Below are positions 41,566 to 49,212 of a DNA stretch of 64,000 bases, one piece after another. Within the stretch, counting starts at the first letter, position 1; every line of letters begins with the position of its first letter. The position numbers and the translations under genes were made by a program. The DNA comes from Yoonia sp. (GTDB lineage: Bacteria > Pseudomonadota > Alphaproteobacteria > Rhodobacterales > Rhodobacteraceae): assembly GCF_036770585.1 (NCBI RefSeq), contig NZ_DAIPIW010000004.1, positions 6,327 through 70,326 of the forward strand, in the 5' to 3' direction. Under the pieces are notes generated by a model, which did no database searches, was not told the DNA's origin, and was given only the letters and a program-made list of their open reading frames with translations.

Positions 41566-41970
41566 TTGCACGATGGGATTACGATAATCTATGACGGTGA
41601 ATGTCCGTTCTGTTCCTCTTACGTGTCCATGGTACGCCTTCGAGAGACGGTGGGCGAGGTCGAATTGATCGATGCCCGATCAGATGCCCCGTCGGTTCTG
41701 GCTGCGCTTTCTGCCGGATACGACCTTGACCAGGGCATGCTGGTGACCTGGGACGGAAAGCAGTTCTTCGGCCAGGACGCCGTGCATCTGCTTGCGACAC
41801 TCTCGGCACCCTCGGGCGGCTTCAATACTCTTCAACGCCTAGTCTTTGCCTCGCCACGTCGGGCGGCCTTGCTTTACCCGGTTCTTGCTGGCGGACGGCG
41901 GCTTTTTCTGCGGCTGGTCGGGCGGCAGACGATCGCCGAAAAAAGAAAAAGTGGCGCTCGCACGGAATAG
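41566..41970 (+). CDS. DCC1-like (DUF393) thiol-disulfide oxidoreductase
   Basis: IIYDGECPFC (DxxCxxC); TTG at 41566 has GGAG RBS 7 nt upstream; ATG 41542 is the alternative start. Confidence 0.85.
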   Translation: MHDGITIIYDGECPFCSSYVSMVRLRETVGEVELIDARSDAPSVLAALSAGYDLDQGMLVTWDGKQFFGQDAVHLLATLSAPSGGFNTLQRLVFASPRRAALLYPVLAGGRRLFLRLVGRQTIAEKRKSGARTE

Positions 41971-41988
41971 ATACTGTCGCAATCCGTA
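41964..41988 (+). promoter_or_regulatory. ECF-type promoter of the poly-Asp gene pair
   Basis: GGAAT-N16-CGTA. Confidence 0.65.
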
Positions 41989-42036
41989 GTCTCAGCAAGG
42001 TCCCGATGCGGGGCCGCAATGCAACGGAGAGAACCT

Positions 42037-42354
42037 ATGCGACACTTCAAACTATTGCTCGCAGCCAGCGTGGCCGCAACGACCTTGGGAAGCGCACCCG
42101 CTGTGGCTGATGACCGCGACGCGATATGGCTTTTCCTCGACACCTTCGTTTCCGACGTTCGGTCGACCGTGCGCGGAGAGTTCCGCCAGAGGAACGACGA
42201 CGATGACGATGGCTGGCGACGTGGCCGGAACGACGACGACGATGATGACCGCGGCTGGCGGCGTGGTCGGGATGACGACGACGATGACCGCGGCTCGCGG
42301 CGTAGTCGGAATGACGATGATGACGATGATGGCCGGAACGACGATGACGACTGA
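42037..42354 (+). CDS. Small secreted Asp/Arg repeat protein (putative precursor A)
   Basis: GGAGA RBS; Sec signal ending AVA; five D4-6 tracts separated by Gly/Arg-rich linkers. Confidence 0.8.
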   Translation: MRHFKLLLAASVAATTLGSAPAVADDRDAIWLFLDTFVSDVRSTVRGEFRQRNDDDDDGWRRGRNDDDDDDRGWRRGRDDDDDDRGSRRSRNDDDDDDGRNDDDD

Positions 42355-42407
42355 GTTTCGTTGAACTTCGTCCGAAATACCAATTCAGGAACAAAAGGTT
42401 TCATGAC

Positions 42408-42818
42408 ATAAAAAAATCGATCTCACTTGCCCCGCTCAGCGTTGCGGCGCTTTTGCTTGCGACAACTGCCGCACATTCCCAAGGGGTCCCTTTCTCGGAA
42501 GTCGACCGCGACGGAAACGGCGTTCTGTCCTACGACGAACTTGTGCTGACCTTCGGCACGGCCTCGGCCAACCAGCTTTGGGAGAGGAACGGAGGCCGCG
42601 ACATCTCGCCCGACGACATCCGCCGCATCAACGCAAGCCGCGACGATGACGACGATGACGGTTTCGATGATGACGATGATGATGATGATGACGACGATGG
42701 CCGCTCATCCAATGATAACGACGACGACGACGATGATGACGATGACGACGATGGCCGTTCATCCAATGACGACGATGACGACGATGACGATGACGGCGGC
42801 AACGACGACGACGACTGA
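42408..42818 (+). CDS. Secreted EF-hand protein with poly-Asp tail (putative precursor B); start codon anomalous
   Basis: Signal-like IKKSISLAPLSVAALLLATTAAHS; EF-hand loop DRDGNGVLSYDE; D4-11 tracts with GRSSN linkers; ATA rather than ATG at the signal start. Confidence 0.72.
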   Translation: MKKSISLAPLSVAALLLATTAAHSQGVPFSEVDRDGNGVLSYDELVLTFGTASANQLWERNGGRDISPDDIRRINASRDDDDDDGFDDDDDDDDDDDGRSSNDNDDDDDDDDDDDGRSSNDDDDDDDDDGGNDDDD

Positions 42819-42848
42819 CCCTGCCCACCACTCACAAACGACCACGTA

Positions 42849-42896
42849 GCGGCAGCCGTGCCTGCAATCCACCGCAGGCACGGCTGTCGTTCTTTC
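42849..42896 (+). terminator. Strong hairpin/terminator after the poly-Asp gene pair
   Basis: CAGCCGTGCCTGC-aatccacc-GCAGGCACGGCTG 13-bp stem followed by T-rich tail. Confidence 0.7.
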
Positions 42897-43002
42897 CTGA
42901 GCATTGCACGATGACCGGACCCACCATCCGAGGCCAAGGGCCGACGGGGCGGGCTTTCGCTGCTGCTACTGGTCCTGTTCAGATCGTCCCGGGGTGGCGA
43001 CG

Positions 43003-43755
43003 CTATCGGCGAAGACCTGACAGGGCCGCCGCCTCGTCCTCGAGCGACAGGGGCGCGCCGGCCCCCACGCCACCCAGATAGGCGTCAAGCGTCTGGAGCG
43101 ACGAGGCAGGCGCATACCCCGTCTCATCCGGGCTTGTGGCGACCACGGCAAAGCGCGCCTCCCAGCCCGCCTCTGTCCGGCAGGCGACCGACACGACGGT
43201 GTTGCTGTCGGCCCTGTCGAACTCGAACTCGCGGCAGAACTCGCCGTCGGCGTTGCGGAACGACGCGATGGTCGCGATTTCGCCGCCCTCGATGGCGACC
43301 CTCTCGCCCGATGGCACCTCGTCCAGCGTCCGGGCAATGGCAGGCGCGCCAAGCGACGCGATGCTCAGCCCCGTTGCACCTTGACCACCGGACTGCTGCG
43401 AGGCGAAGTATCCACCCGCGAGACCGACTGCGAGGGCAAGACCCGCGGCGATGGCGGCAGGGCGCCAGGCCACCGGGGCCGAAGCGGGACTTCGGAACGG
43501 GACGACCGTCGCTGTGGCTGATTCCGCACCAAGCATTGCGCGCACCCGCGCTTCGAGGTCGGACGAAACCGGTTCAAGCGGGCGGCTTCGTCCAAGCTCG
43601 CCCAGCAGACTGCCGGTCGTCGCGAACATCTCGATCCGTCGCGCCAGCGCAGGATCCGCCGCCGCTGCTGCCGCGACCGCCTGCGCCGTCCCGGCGTCGA
43701 GTTCGCCGTCGGCATAGGCCATCAACGTCTCGTCCTCGAAATCCTGCTTGTTCAT
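43003..43755 (-). CDS. Transmembrane anti-sigma factor
   Basis: DETLMAYADGELD anti-sigma domain, one TM helix, periplasmic FCREF...VAC; AAGGAG RBS. Confidence 0.88.
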   Translation of the reverse strand: MNKQDFEDETLMAYADGELDAGTAQAVAAAAAADPALARRIEMFATTGSLLGELGRSRPLEPVSSDLEARVRAMLGAESATATVVPFRSPASAPVAWRPAAIAAGLALAVGLAGGYFASQQSGGQGATGLSIASLGAPAIARTLDEVPSGERVAIEGGEIATIASFRNADGEFCREFEFDRADSNTVVSVACRTEAGWEARFAVVATSPDETGYAPASSLQTLDAYLGGVGAGAPLSLEDEAAALSGLRR

Positions 43756-43782
43756 GCCACTACTCCTTGACCCCACCCAGAC

Positions 43783-43807
43783 AACGGGCGAGGCGTCATT
43801 TTATTCC
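43783..43807 (-). promoter_or_regulatory. ECF-type promoter of the anti-sigma gene, overlapping the sigma stop codon
   Basis: Minus strand GGAAT-AAAATGACGCCTCGCC-CGTT (N16). Confidence 0.65.
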
Positions 43808-44287
43808 AAGCCGTTCCGCAAGTGCGGTCCGCGCCCGCGCGAGGCGGCTCATCACCGTTCCCTTGGGTATCCCGAGAACCTCGGCGGCCTCGGCATAGGA
43901 CAACTCTTCGAAACAGACGAGAACGATGATCTCGCGCTGGTCTGCGGGCAGCGTCGCCAGCGCCTCGTCGGTTTTTTGCAGCATCAGAACCGCCTCGATG
44001 GTCCGCGCGCCATCGACGACTGCCGCCTCTGGCGTGTCCGTCACGTCGATTTCGACACCACGGGTAAGTTTGCGGCGGGACATATCGATCCAGGCATTTC
44101 TGAGGATGCGGAAAAGCCAGGGCTCTACCCGGGTGGATGTATCGTAGCGGTCCCGCGACGCGATGGCGCGTTCGACCGTCGTCTGGACAAGGTCGTCGGC
44201 GATATCGCCGTTGCGGCACAGCGAGAGCGCGAAGCGCCGGAGGCTTGGAAGCGCCGCGATGATATCCTGCTCGAATTCGTCCCGCAT
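43796..44287 (-). CDS. ECF RNA polymerase sigma factor
   Basis: LRRFALSL, ADDLVQ, WLFRILRN, LSYAEAAEVLGIPKGTVMSRLARAR. Confidence 0.95.
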   Translation of the reverse strand: MRDEFEQDIIAALPSLRRFALSLCRNGDIADDLVQTTVERAIASRDRYDTSTRVEPWLFRILRNAWIDMSRRKLTRGVEIDVTDTPEAAVVDGARTIEAVLMLQKTDEALATLPADQREIIVLVCFEELSYAEAAEVLGIPKGTVMSRLARARTALAERLGIK

Positions 44288-44319
44288 TTTCTGAAATGTG
44301 CTTTTCTATGGTAATTGAC

Positions 44320-44344
44320 GAAATAACATCATCTTACAAACGTA
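44320..44344 (+). promoter_or_regulatory. ECF-type promoter of the S8 peptidase gene
   Basis: GAAAT-AACATCATCTTACAAA-CGTA (N16). Confidence 0.55.
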
Positions 44345-44382
44345 AACCTTCTGAGCATGCCCGGCCAGAAAGGAATGAAGCC

Positions 44383-45810
44383 ATGAAGACACCCCAGATG
44401 TTGATCGTTCTGTTCCTGTCATTTGTGGCGGCTCACAGCTTATTGCCACTGGTTGCGTCCGAGATGGGGCTTTCCGCGGCCTGGGCTGACGATGATGACG
44501 ACGGCGGCGACGACGATGACGACGATGGCGGCGATAACGATGACGATGACAATGGCAGCTCATTCCGACGCGACGATGACGACGACGACGATGGCCCCCG
44601 CGCGCGCAGCGGCGGAGGCGGCAATTTCCTGAGGGACCTCTTCGGCGCGCCCCAACGCCAGACAACGCCACCCGCACCCGCACCCGCACCCGCCACACCG
44701 GCGCCGCCGCCACCCGTCAACGCAGCAGACGAGATCGTCGCGCTGGCCCTGTCCGAGGAAGACCTCGACGTGCTGACCGGGCAGGGCTTTCAGGTGGTCG
44801 AGGAAATCACCGTTCCCGATTTCTCGGCAATATCCCGACGACTGCGAATTCCCCCGGGATTGTCGCTTGCGGCAGCGCGGGAAGCAGTGCGTGGCCTGCC
44901 CACCGGCCAGGACGCCGATTTCAACCACTATTACCGTTCCGAGCAGGGATTTTCAGAAGATTGCAGTGGCAACGAGTGCCCTGCAAGGCTTGCCATCGGC
45001 TGGCCCATGTCATCGGAACGCGACAACGCCTGCGGCCGAAGTGTCGCCATCGGCATGATCGACACAGGCATCAATGAAGACCACGAGACCTTCGATGGTG
45101 CGCTGCTTGACGTAAGACGGCTTGCGGTCGAAGAGTTGGACGCCTCGCGCGCCATTCACGGAACGGCGGTCGCAGCGCTTCTTGTCGGTGACCCTGACAC
45201 ACGTTCGCCGGGACTGGTCCCGGGATCGCCCCTGATCGCCGTCGATGCCTTCTACAGGGTCGGCAGCGACGAGCGCGCAGACATCTTCACCCTGATCGAG
45301 TCGCTCGGCCTTCTGGCCGAACAGGGTGTCGGTGTCATCAACCTAAGCCTGTCAGGACCGCCCAACACGGTTCTTCAAGAACTGGTGGATCGACTGGTGC
45401 TGGACCTCGACATCGTCGTCGTCTCGGCAGTCGGCAACCTTGGCCCCAATGCGGAACCCGCGTATCCGGCGGCCTTTGACCCCGTGATCGCGGTGACCGC
45501 CGTTGATCGGAACGGAGAGGTATACCGACGCGCCGTAAGGGGCGACCATGTCGATCTCGCCGCGCCCGGCGTGGACGTCTGGACCGCAGCTTCGATCAGC
45601 GGTGCACGGTGGAAGACAGGGACATCCTTCGCGGTGCCATTCGTCTCGGCAGCCGCGGCGATCCTGCGCGAGTCGCGCCCCGAACTCGATGCGCCCGGCG
45701 TGGAAGCGGAGTTGAGGCGCATGGCCCTTGATCGCGGCGACCCGGGACCGGACCCGGTCTACGGCGCAGGTCTGCTCGACCTTGGCGGACTATGCGGCGA
45801 CCGGAACTGA
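44383..45810 (+). CDS. Secreted S8 (subtilisin-like) serine peptidase with Asp-rich N-terminus
   Basis: Triad motifs IDTGI, HGTAVA, GTSFAVP; oxyanion AVGN; DLAAPG; signal ending AWA followed by Asp tracts and a Pro/Ala linker. Confidence 0.9.
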   Translation: MKTPQMLIVLFLSFVAAHSLLPLVASEMGLSAAWADDDDDGGDDDDDDGGDNDDDDNGSSFRRDDDDDDDGPRARSGGGGNFLRDLFGAPQRQTTPPAPAPAPATPAPPPPVNAADEIVALALSEEDLDVLTGQGFQVVEEITVPDFSAISRRLRIPPGLSLAAAREAVRGLPTGQDADFNHYYRSEQGFSEDCSGNECPARLAIGWPMSSERDNACGRSVAIGMIDTGINEDHETFDGALLDVRRLAVEELDASRAIHGTAVAALLVGDPDTRSPGLVPGSPLIAVDAFYRVGSDERADIFTLIESLGLLAEQGVGVINLSLSGPPNTVLQELVDRLVLDLDIVVVSAVGNLGPNAEPAYPAAFDPVIAVTAVDRNGEVYRRAVRGDHVDLAAPGVDVWTAASISGARWKTGTSFAVPFVSAAAAILRESRPELDAPGVEAELRRMALDRGDPGPDPVYGAGLLDLGGLCGDRN

Positions 45811-45843
45811 TCAGACAGAAAATCGGAAGGCGTCGTTGAACGG

Positions 45844-46013
45844 GGGACTGTTGCAGTGTGGGTGGAACATGGCGCTGCCTTTGGCGCGCGATGGATGCCA
45901 ACGGCCAGTGTGTCGATGTCAGGCTGACTGCCGGACGCGATGCAAAATCTGCGACAGTCTTTCCGCACAGGGCCATTGAACCTCTGCGGCTGCGGGCAAC
46001 TGTCACCCCATGA
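45844..46013 (+). mobile_element. IS6-family relic (terminal IR plus transposase fragment)
   Basis: GGGACTGTTGCA resembles the IS26/IS6100 IR; frame from 45858 reads VGGTWRCLWRAMDANGQCVDVRLTAGRDAKSA, like IS6 YLWRAVD..G...D..L...RD. Confidence 0.75.
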
Positions 46014-46017
46014 CCCT

Positions 46018-47046
46018 TTATCGGGCGCCCCAGGTGTCCGACAGACGATACCCCTCGGGCCAGGGATCAGAGGGGTCCAGCATGTGCTGGTGGATGCCGG
46101 TGATCCAGCCGCGCCCCGAAATTTCCGGGACGATGGCCGCGCGATCCCCTACCGTTGTCTCGCTGATGATCGTCCCCGAGAACGTCGATCCGATCACCGA
46201 ACGCGCAGTCAGGCGGTCACCGGCCTTCATCACGCCGCGTGCATGCAGCAGGGCCATCCGGGCCGATAGCGCGGTGCCGGTGGGCGACCGGTCGACCTTG
46301 CCCGGCTGGATGGCCACCGCAGCGCCAGTCTCCAAGCCTGCCGCGCCTTCGACAAGTGGTCCCGCAAACAAGCAAAACGAGATATGACGCCAGTCCGGGT
46401 TCTCGGGATGGGTAAAGCCCAGTTGGTCATTGGCTGCATTCGTGATGCGGACCCCAAGCCTGGCGATGTCGTGCGCCTCGGTTTCATTCAGCGAAAACCC
46501 CAGCGCGGCCGCATCGACGACCACGAAACTGTCGCCGCCATAGGCCGTATCGACGGTCAGCGTGCCCATGCCTTCGACCTCGAGCTTTTGGTCAAGCTCG
46601 GCGGCGAAAGAGGGGACGTTCTGCACATGGATGCGTTCGGCCTTGCCGTTGCGGCATTCCGCCCGCACACGCACCAGCCCGCCGGGGGCTTCCAGCACCA
46701 TGTGGGTTTCGGGCTCTTGCATGGGGACAAGTCCCGCATCCAGCAATACGGTCGAAACGCAGATCGAGTTCGATCCGGACATCGGCGGCGTGTCTTCTGG
46801 TTCCATGATGATCCAGGCGGCCTGTGCCTCGGGATGTTTCGGCGGTACCAGCAGGTTCACATGCCGGAAGACGCCGCCGCGCGGTTCATTCAGAACGAAA
46901 TTGCGCAGGGTCTGGTCGCGCGCGATCCAGCGGCTCTGTTCCCAGATCGTGTCGCCCGGCGGTGGCAGGACGCCGCCGACGATCACGTCGCCCACCTCGC
47001 CCTCGGCATGGGCAGAGATCACGTGGACGGTCTTGGTCGCGCGCAT
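46018..47046 (-). CDS. Proline racemase family protein, Ser/Thr dyad (trans-3-hydroxy-L-proline dehydratase-like)
   Basis: HAEGE, EPRG, PMSGSN, DRSPTGT (Ser and Thr in place of the two catalytic Cys). Confidence 0.85.
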   Translation of the reverse strand: MRATKTVHVISAHAEGEVGDVIVGGVLPPPGDTIWEQSRWIARDQTLRNFVLNEPRGGVFRHVNLLVPPKHPEAQAAWIIMEPEDTPPMSGSNSICVSTVLLDAGLVPMQEPETHMVLEAPGGLVRVRAECRNGKAERIHVQNVPSFAAELDQKLEVEGMGTLTVDTAYGGDSFVVVDAAALGFSLNETEAHDIARLGVRITNAANDQLGFTHPENPDWRHISFCLFAGPLVEGAAGLETGAAVAIQPGKVDRSPTGTALSARMALLHARGVMKAGDRLTARSVIGSTFSGTIISETTVGDRAAIVPEISGRGWITGIHQHMLDPSDPWPEGYRLSDTWGAR

Positions 47047-47047
47047 G

Positions 47048-49093
47048 TCAGATATCCTTCATCAGACGCAGCGCGTCGTAGATCGCCGCATGGGTGTTGC
47101 GGGCGCTGACCGCGTCGCCGATGCGGAAGAGTTGGAAACGGCCGTCCTCGTTGCGCGTCACGGCCTGCGGACGCCCGTCGATCAGGGCGTCATGGTCGAC
47201 CGCCCCGCTATTGGAGGACAGGGGCTTCAGCTCGAAGTAGAGATCGTCCAGCGGCAGGGTGCCGTAGTTCACGACGATCTGGTCATAGCTCTTTTCGCTC
47301 GTGAAACCACTGTAGTCCGTCCCGATCCTGGCCTTCAGACGGTTGCCGTCCTTTTCCACCGCCTTCAGCCGTCGGGTGACGGTAAAGGTCACGTCCTTGT
47401 CCTGCAGCGCCCGCATGTAAGGCACAAGGTTCATCGACATGATGTCCGGGGCGAAGGTCCGGTCGGGCGTCATGACTTCCACCTTGGCACCGGCATTTGC
47501 CGCGATTTCGGCGGCCATGAGCCCCGGATGATCGCCGCTTTCGTCATAGACCAGCACATCCTGCCCGGGCTTGACGTCGCCCGAAATCAGGTCCCATGCC
47601 GAGACCACAAGGGGCTGCTCGGCGCGATTTTCGTAGAGTCCGGTGTTCGGCAGCCCGCCGGTGGCGACAATCACCACGTCGGGGTTCAGCGCGGTCACGT
47701 CCCCGGCTTCGGCCCAGGTGTTGAAGCGGAACGCGACATCGCGGGCCGCGCATTGCGCCATGCGCCAGTCGATGATCGAGATCATCTCGCGCCGACGCGG
47801 GTTCTGCGCCGTCAGGCGGATCTGCCCGCCGGGATCAGGCTGGGCCTCGAAGACAGTGACATGGTGACCGCGCTCTGCCGCGACCCGGGCAGCCTCCAGC
47901 CCGGCAGGGCCGGCACCGATGATGACAACGCGCTTGCGGCTCTTGGCTGGTGCGATGTCGTGCGGCATCGTCAACTCGCGCCCGGTGGCCGCATTGTGGA
48001 TGCAGAGCGCCTCGCCGGCGGCATAGATGCGGTCAAGGCAATAGGTGGCACCGACGCAGGGGCGGATGTCGTCCTCGCGCCCTTCGATGATCTTTTTCAC
48101 GATATGCGGGTCGGCCATATGGGCGCGGGTCATGCCCACCATGTCCAAGAGCCCGGCCTGCACGGCATGGCGGGCGGTGGCCACGTCGGGGATCTTGGCG
48201 GCGTGGAAGGTCGGCATGCCGGTGGCCTTCTTCACCGCGCCTGCGAAATCCAGATGCGGGGCGTTCTTCATCCCCTGCACCGGGATCACGTCGGTCATCG
48301 CCGGGTCGGTGTGGATGCGGCCCCGGACCACGTTCAGGAAATCGACCATGCCGCAATCGGCCAGCCGCTTGGATATCTCGATGCCTTCCTCGGGCGTGAT
48401 CCCGCCTGCCTCGGTCTCATCCGCCGTGTAACGCAGGCCGACGATGAAATCGTCCCCCACCCGTTTGCGAATGCCCGTCAGCACATCCATCAGCAGTTTC
48501 ATGCGACTCTCAAGGCTTTGCCCGCCATAGGGCCCGTCGAGGTCATTGGTGAGCGGCGACCAGAACTGGTCCAGCAGGTGGCCGTAGACCTGCAATTCGA
48601 TACCATCCATCCCGCCCGCCTTCATCCGCTCGGTCGCGTCGGCAAAATCGGTGATGATGCGCTCGATATCCCAGTCCTCGGCGCGTTTTGGAAAGGCGTG
48701 GTGCGCCGGTTCGCGGTGCATGGTGGATGACACCGATGGCAGCCATGCGCCCTTGTCCCAGCGGGTCCGCCGGCCCAGATGCGTCAGCTGGATCATCACA
48801 GCGCAGCCGTGATCATGGCAGGCATCGGTCAGCTGTTTGATCCAGGGCACCACCTCGTCCTTGTAGGCCAGAACGTTGTTGAACACCGGCGGGCTGTCCT
48901 TGGACACCGCGGCCGAGCCTGCCGTCATGGCCAATGCGACCCCGGCCTTTGCACGCTCTGCATGATAGGCGGCATAGCGCTGTTTCGGCATCCCGTCCTC
49001 GGGATAGGCGGGTTCATGACTGGTGGTCATGATCCGGTTCCGAAGCGTCAGGTGTTTCAGCTGATAGGGTTGAAGAAGGGGATCGTTGGACAT
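47048..49093 (-). CDS. stcD: NADH:flavin oxidoreductase, N-methylproline demethylase-like (StcD/HpbA type)
   Basis: [27 protein letters not shown] start; OYE barrel; CVGATYC...C Fe-S motif; GAGPAG FAD motif. Confidence 0.78.
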   Translation of the reverse strand: MSNDPLLQPYQLKHLTLRNRIMTTSHEPAYPEDGMPKQRYAAYHAERAKAGVALAMTAGSAAVSKDSPPVFNNVLAYKDEVVPWIKQLTDACHDHGCAVMIQLTHLGRRTRWDKGAWLPSVSSTMHREPAHHAFPKRAEDWDIERIITDFADATERMKAGGMDGIELQVYGHLLDQFWSPLTNDLDGPYGGQSLESRMKLLMDVLTGIRKRVGDDFIVGLRYTADETEAGGITPEEGIEISKRLADCGMVDFLNVVRGRIHTDPAMTDVIPVQGMKNAPHLDFAGAVKKATGMPTFHAAKIPDVATARHAVQAGLLDMVGMTRAHMADPHIVKKIIEGREDDIRPCVGATYCLDRIYAAGEALCIHNAATGRELTMPHDIAPAKSRKRVVIIGAGPAGLEAARVAAERGHHVTVFEAQPDPGGQIRLTAQNPRRREMISIIDWRMAQCAARDVAFRFNTWAEAGDVTALNPDVVIVATGGLPNTGLYENRAEQPLVVSAWDLISGDVKPGQDVLVYDESGDHPGLMAAEIAANAGAKVEVMTPDRTFAPDIMSMNLVPYMRALQDKDVTFTVTRRLKAVEKDGNRLKARIGTDYSGFTSEKSYDQIVVNYGTLPLDDLYFELKPLSSNSGAVDHDALIDGRPQAVTRNEDGRFQLFRIGDAVSARNTHAAIYDALRLMKDI

Positions 49094-49134
49094 GGGTGGG
49101 CCTCCTTGGCGGATGGTATCTCTATCTGCAAAAT

Positions 49135-49167
49135 GTTCACATATGTCAAGTATAGGTTCACATATGT
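49135..49167. promoter_or_regulatory. Tandem TetR operator candidates
   Basis: GTTCACATATGT at 49135 and 49156 (21-bp period), each with palindromic core ACATATGT. Confidence 0.7.
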
Positions 49168-49212
49168 ATATTCTGCTTGTGGCCACCATCAGGGCGGACT
49201 AAGGTCGATGCC

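Noticed and set aside
42335..42398. Separate ECF promoter for the EF-hand gene
   Set aside because: GGAAC (42335) to CGTT (42359) spacing is 19 nt and GAAAT (42374) has no CGT at N16; co-transcription with the upstream gene is more likely.
42190..42818. GAC/GAT trinucleotide arrays as a CRISPR array or microsatellite
   Set aside because: No fixed-length repeat-spacer structure and no cas genes; mixed GAC/GAT codons sit in frame behind signal peptides, so they encode poly-Asp.
41874..42937. Ser-rich, His/Arg-rich and Thr/Met-rich ORFs in other frames (e.g. 41874-42404, 42530-42937, 42110-42364)
   Set aside because: Shadow translations of the poly-Asp codons; only the Asp frames have signal peptides and promoter support.
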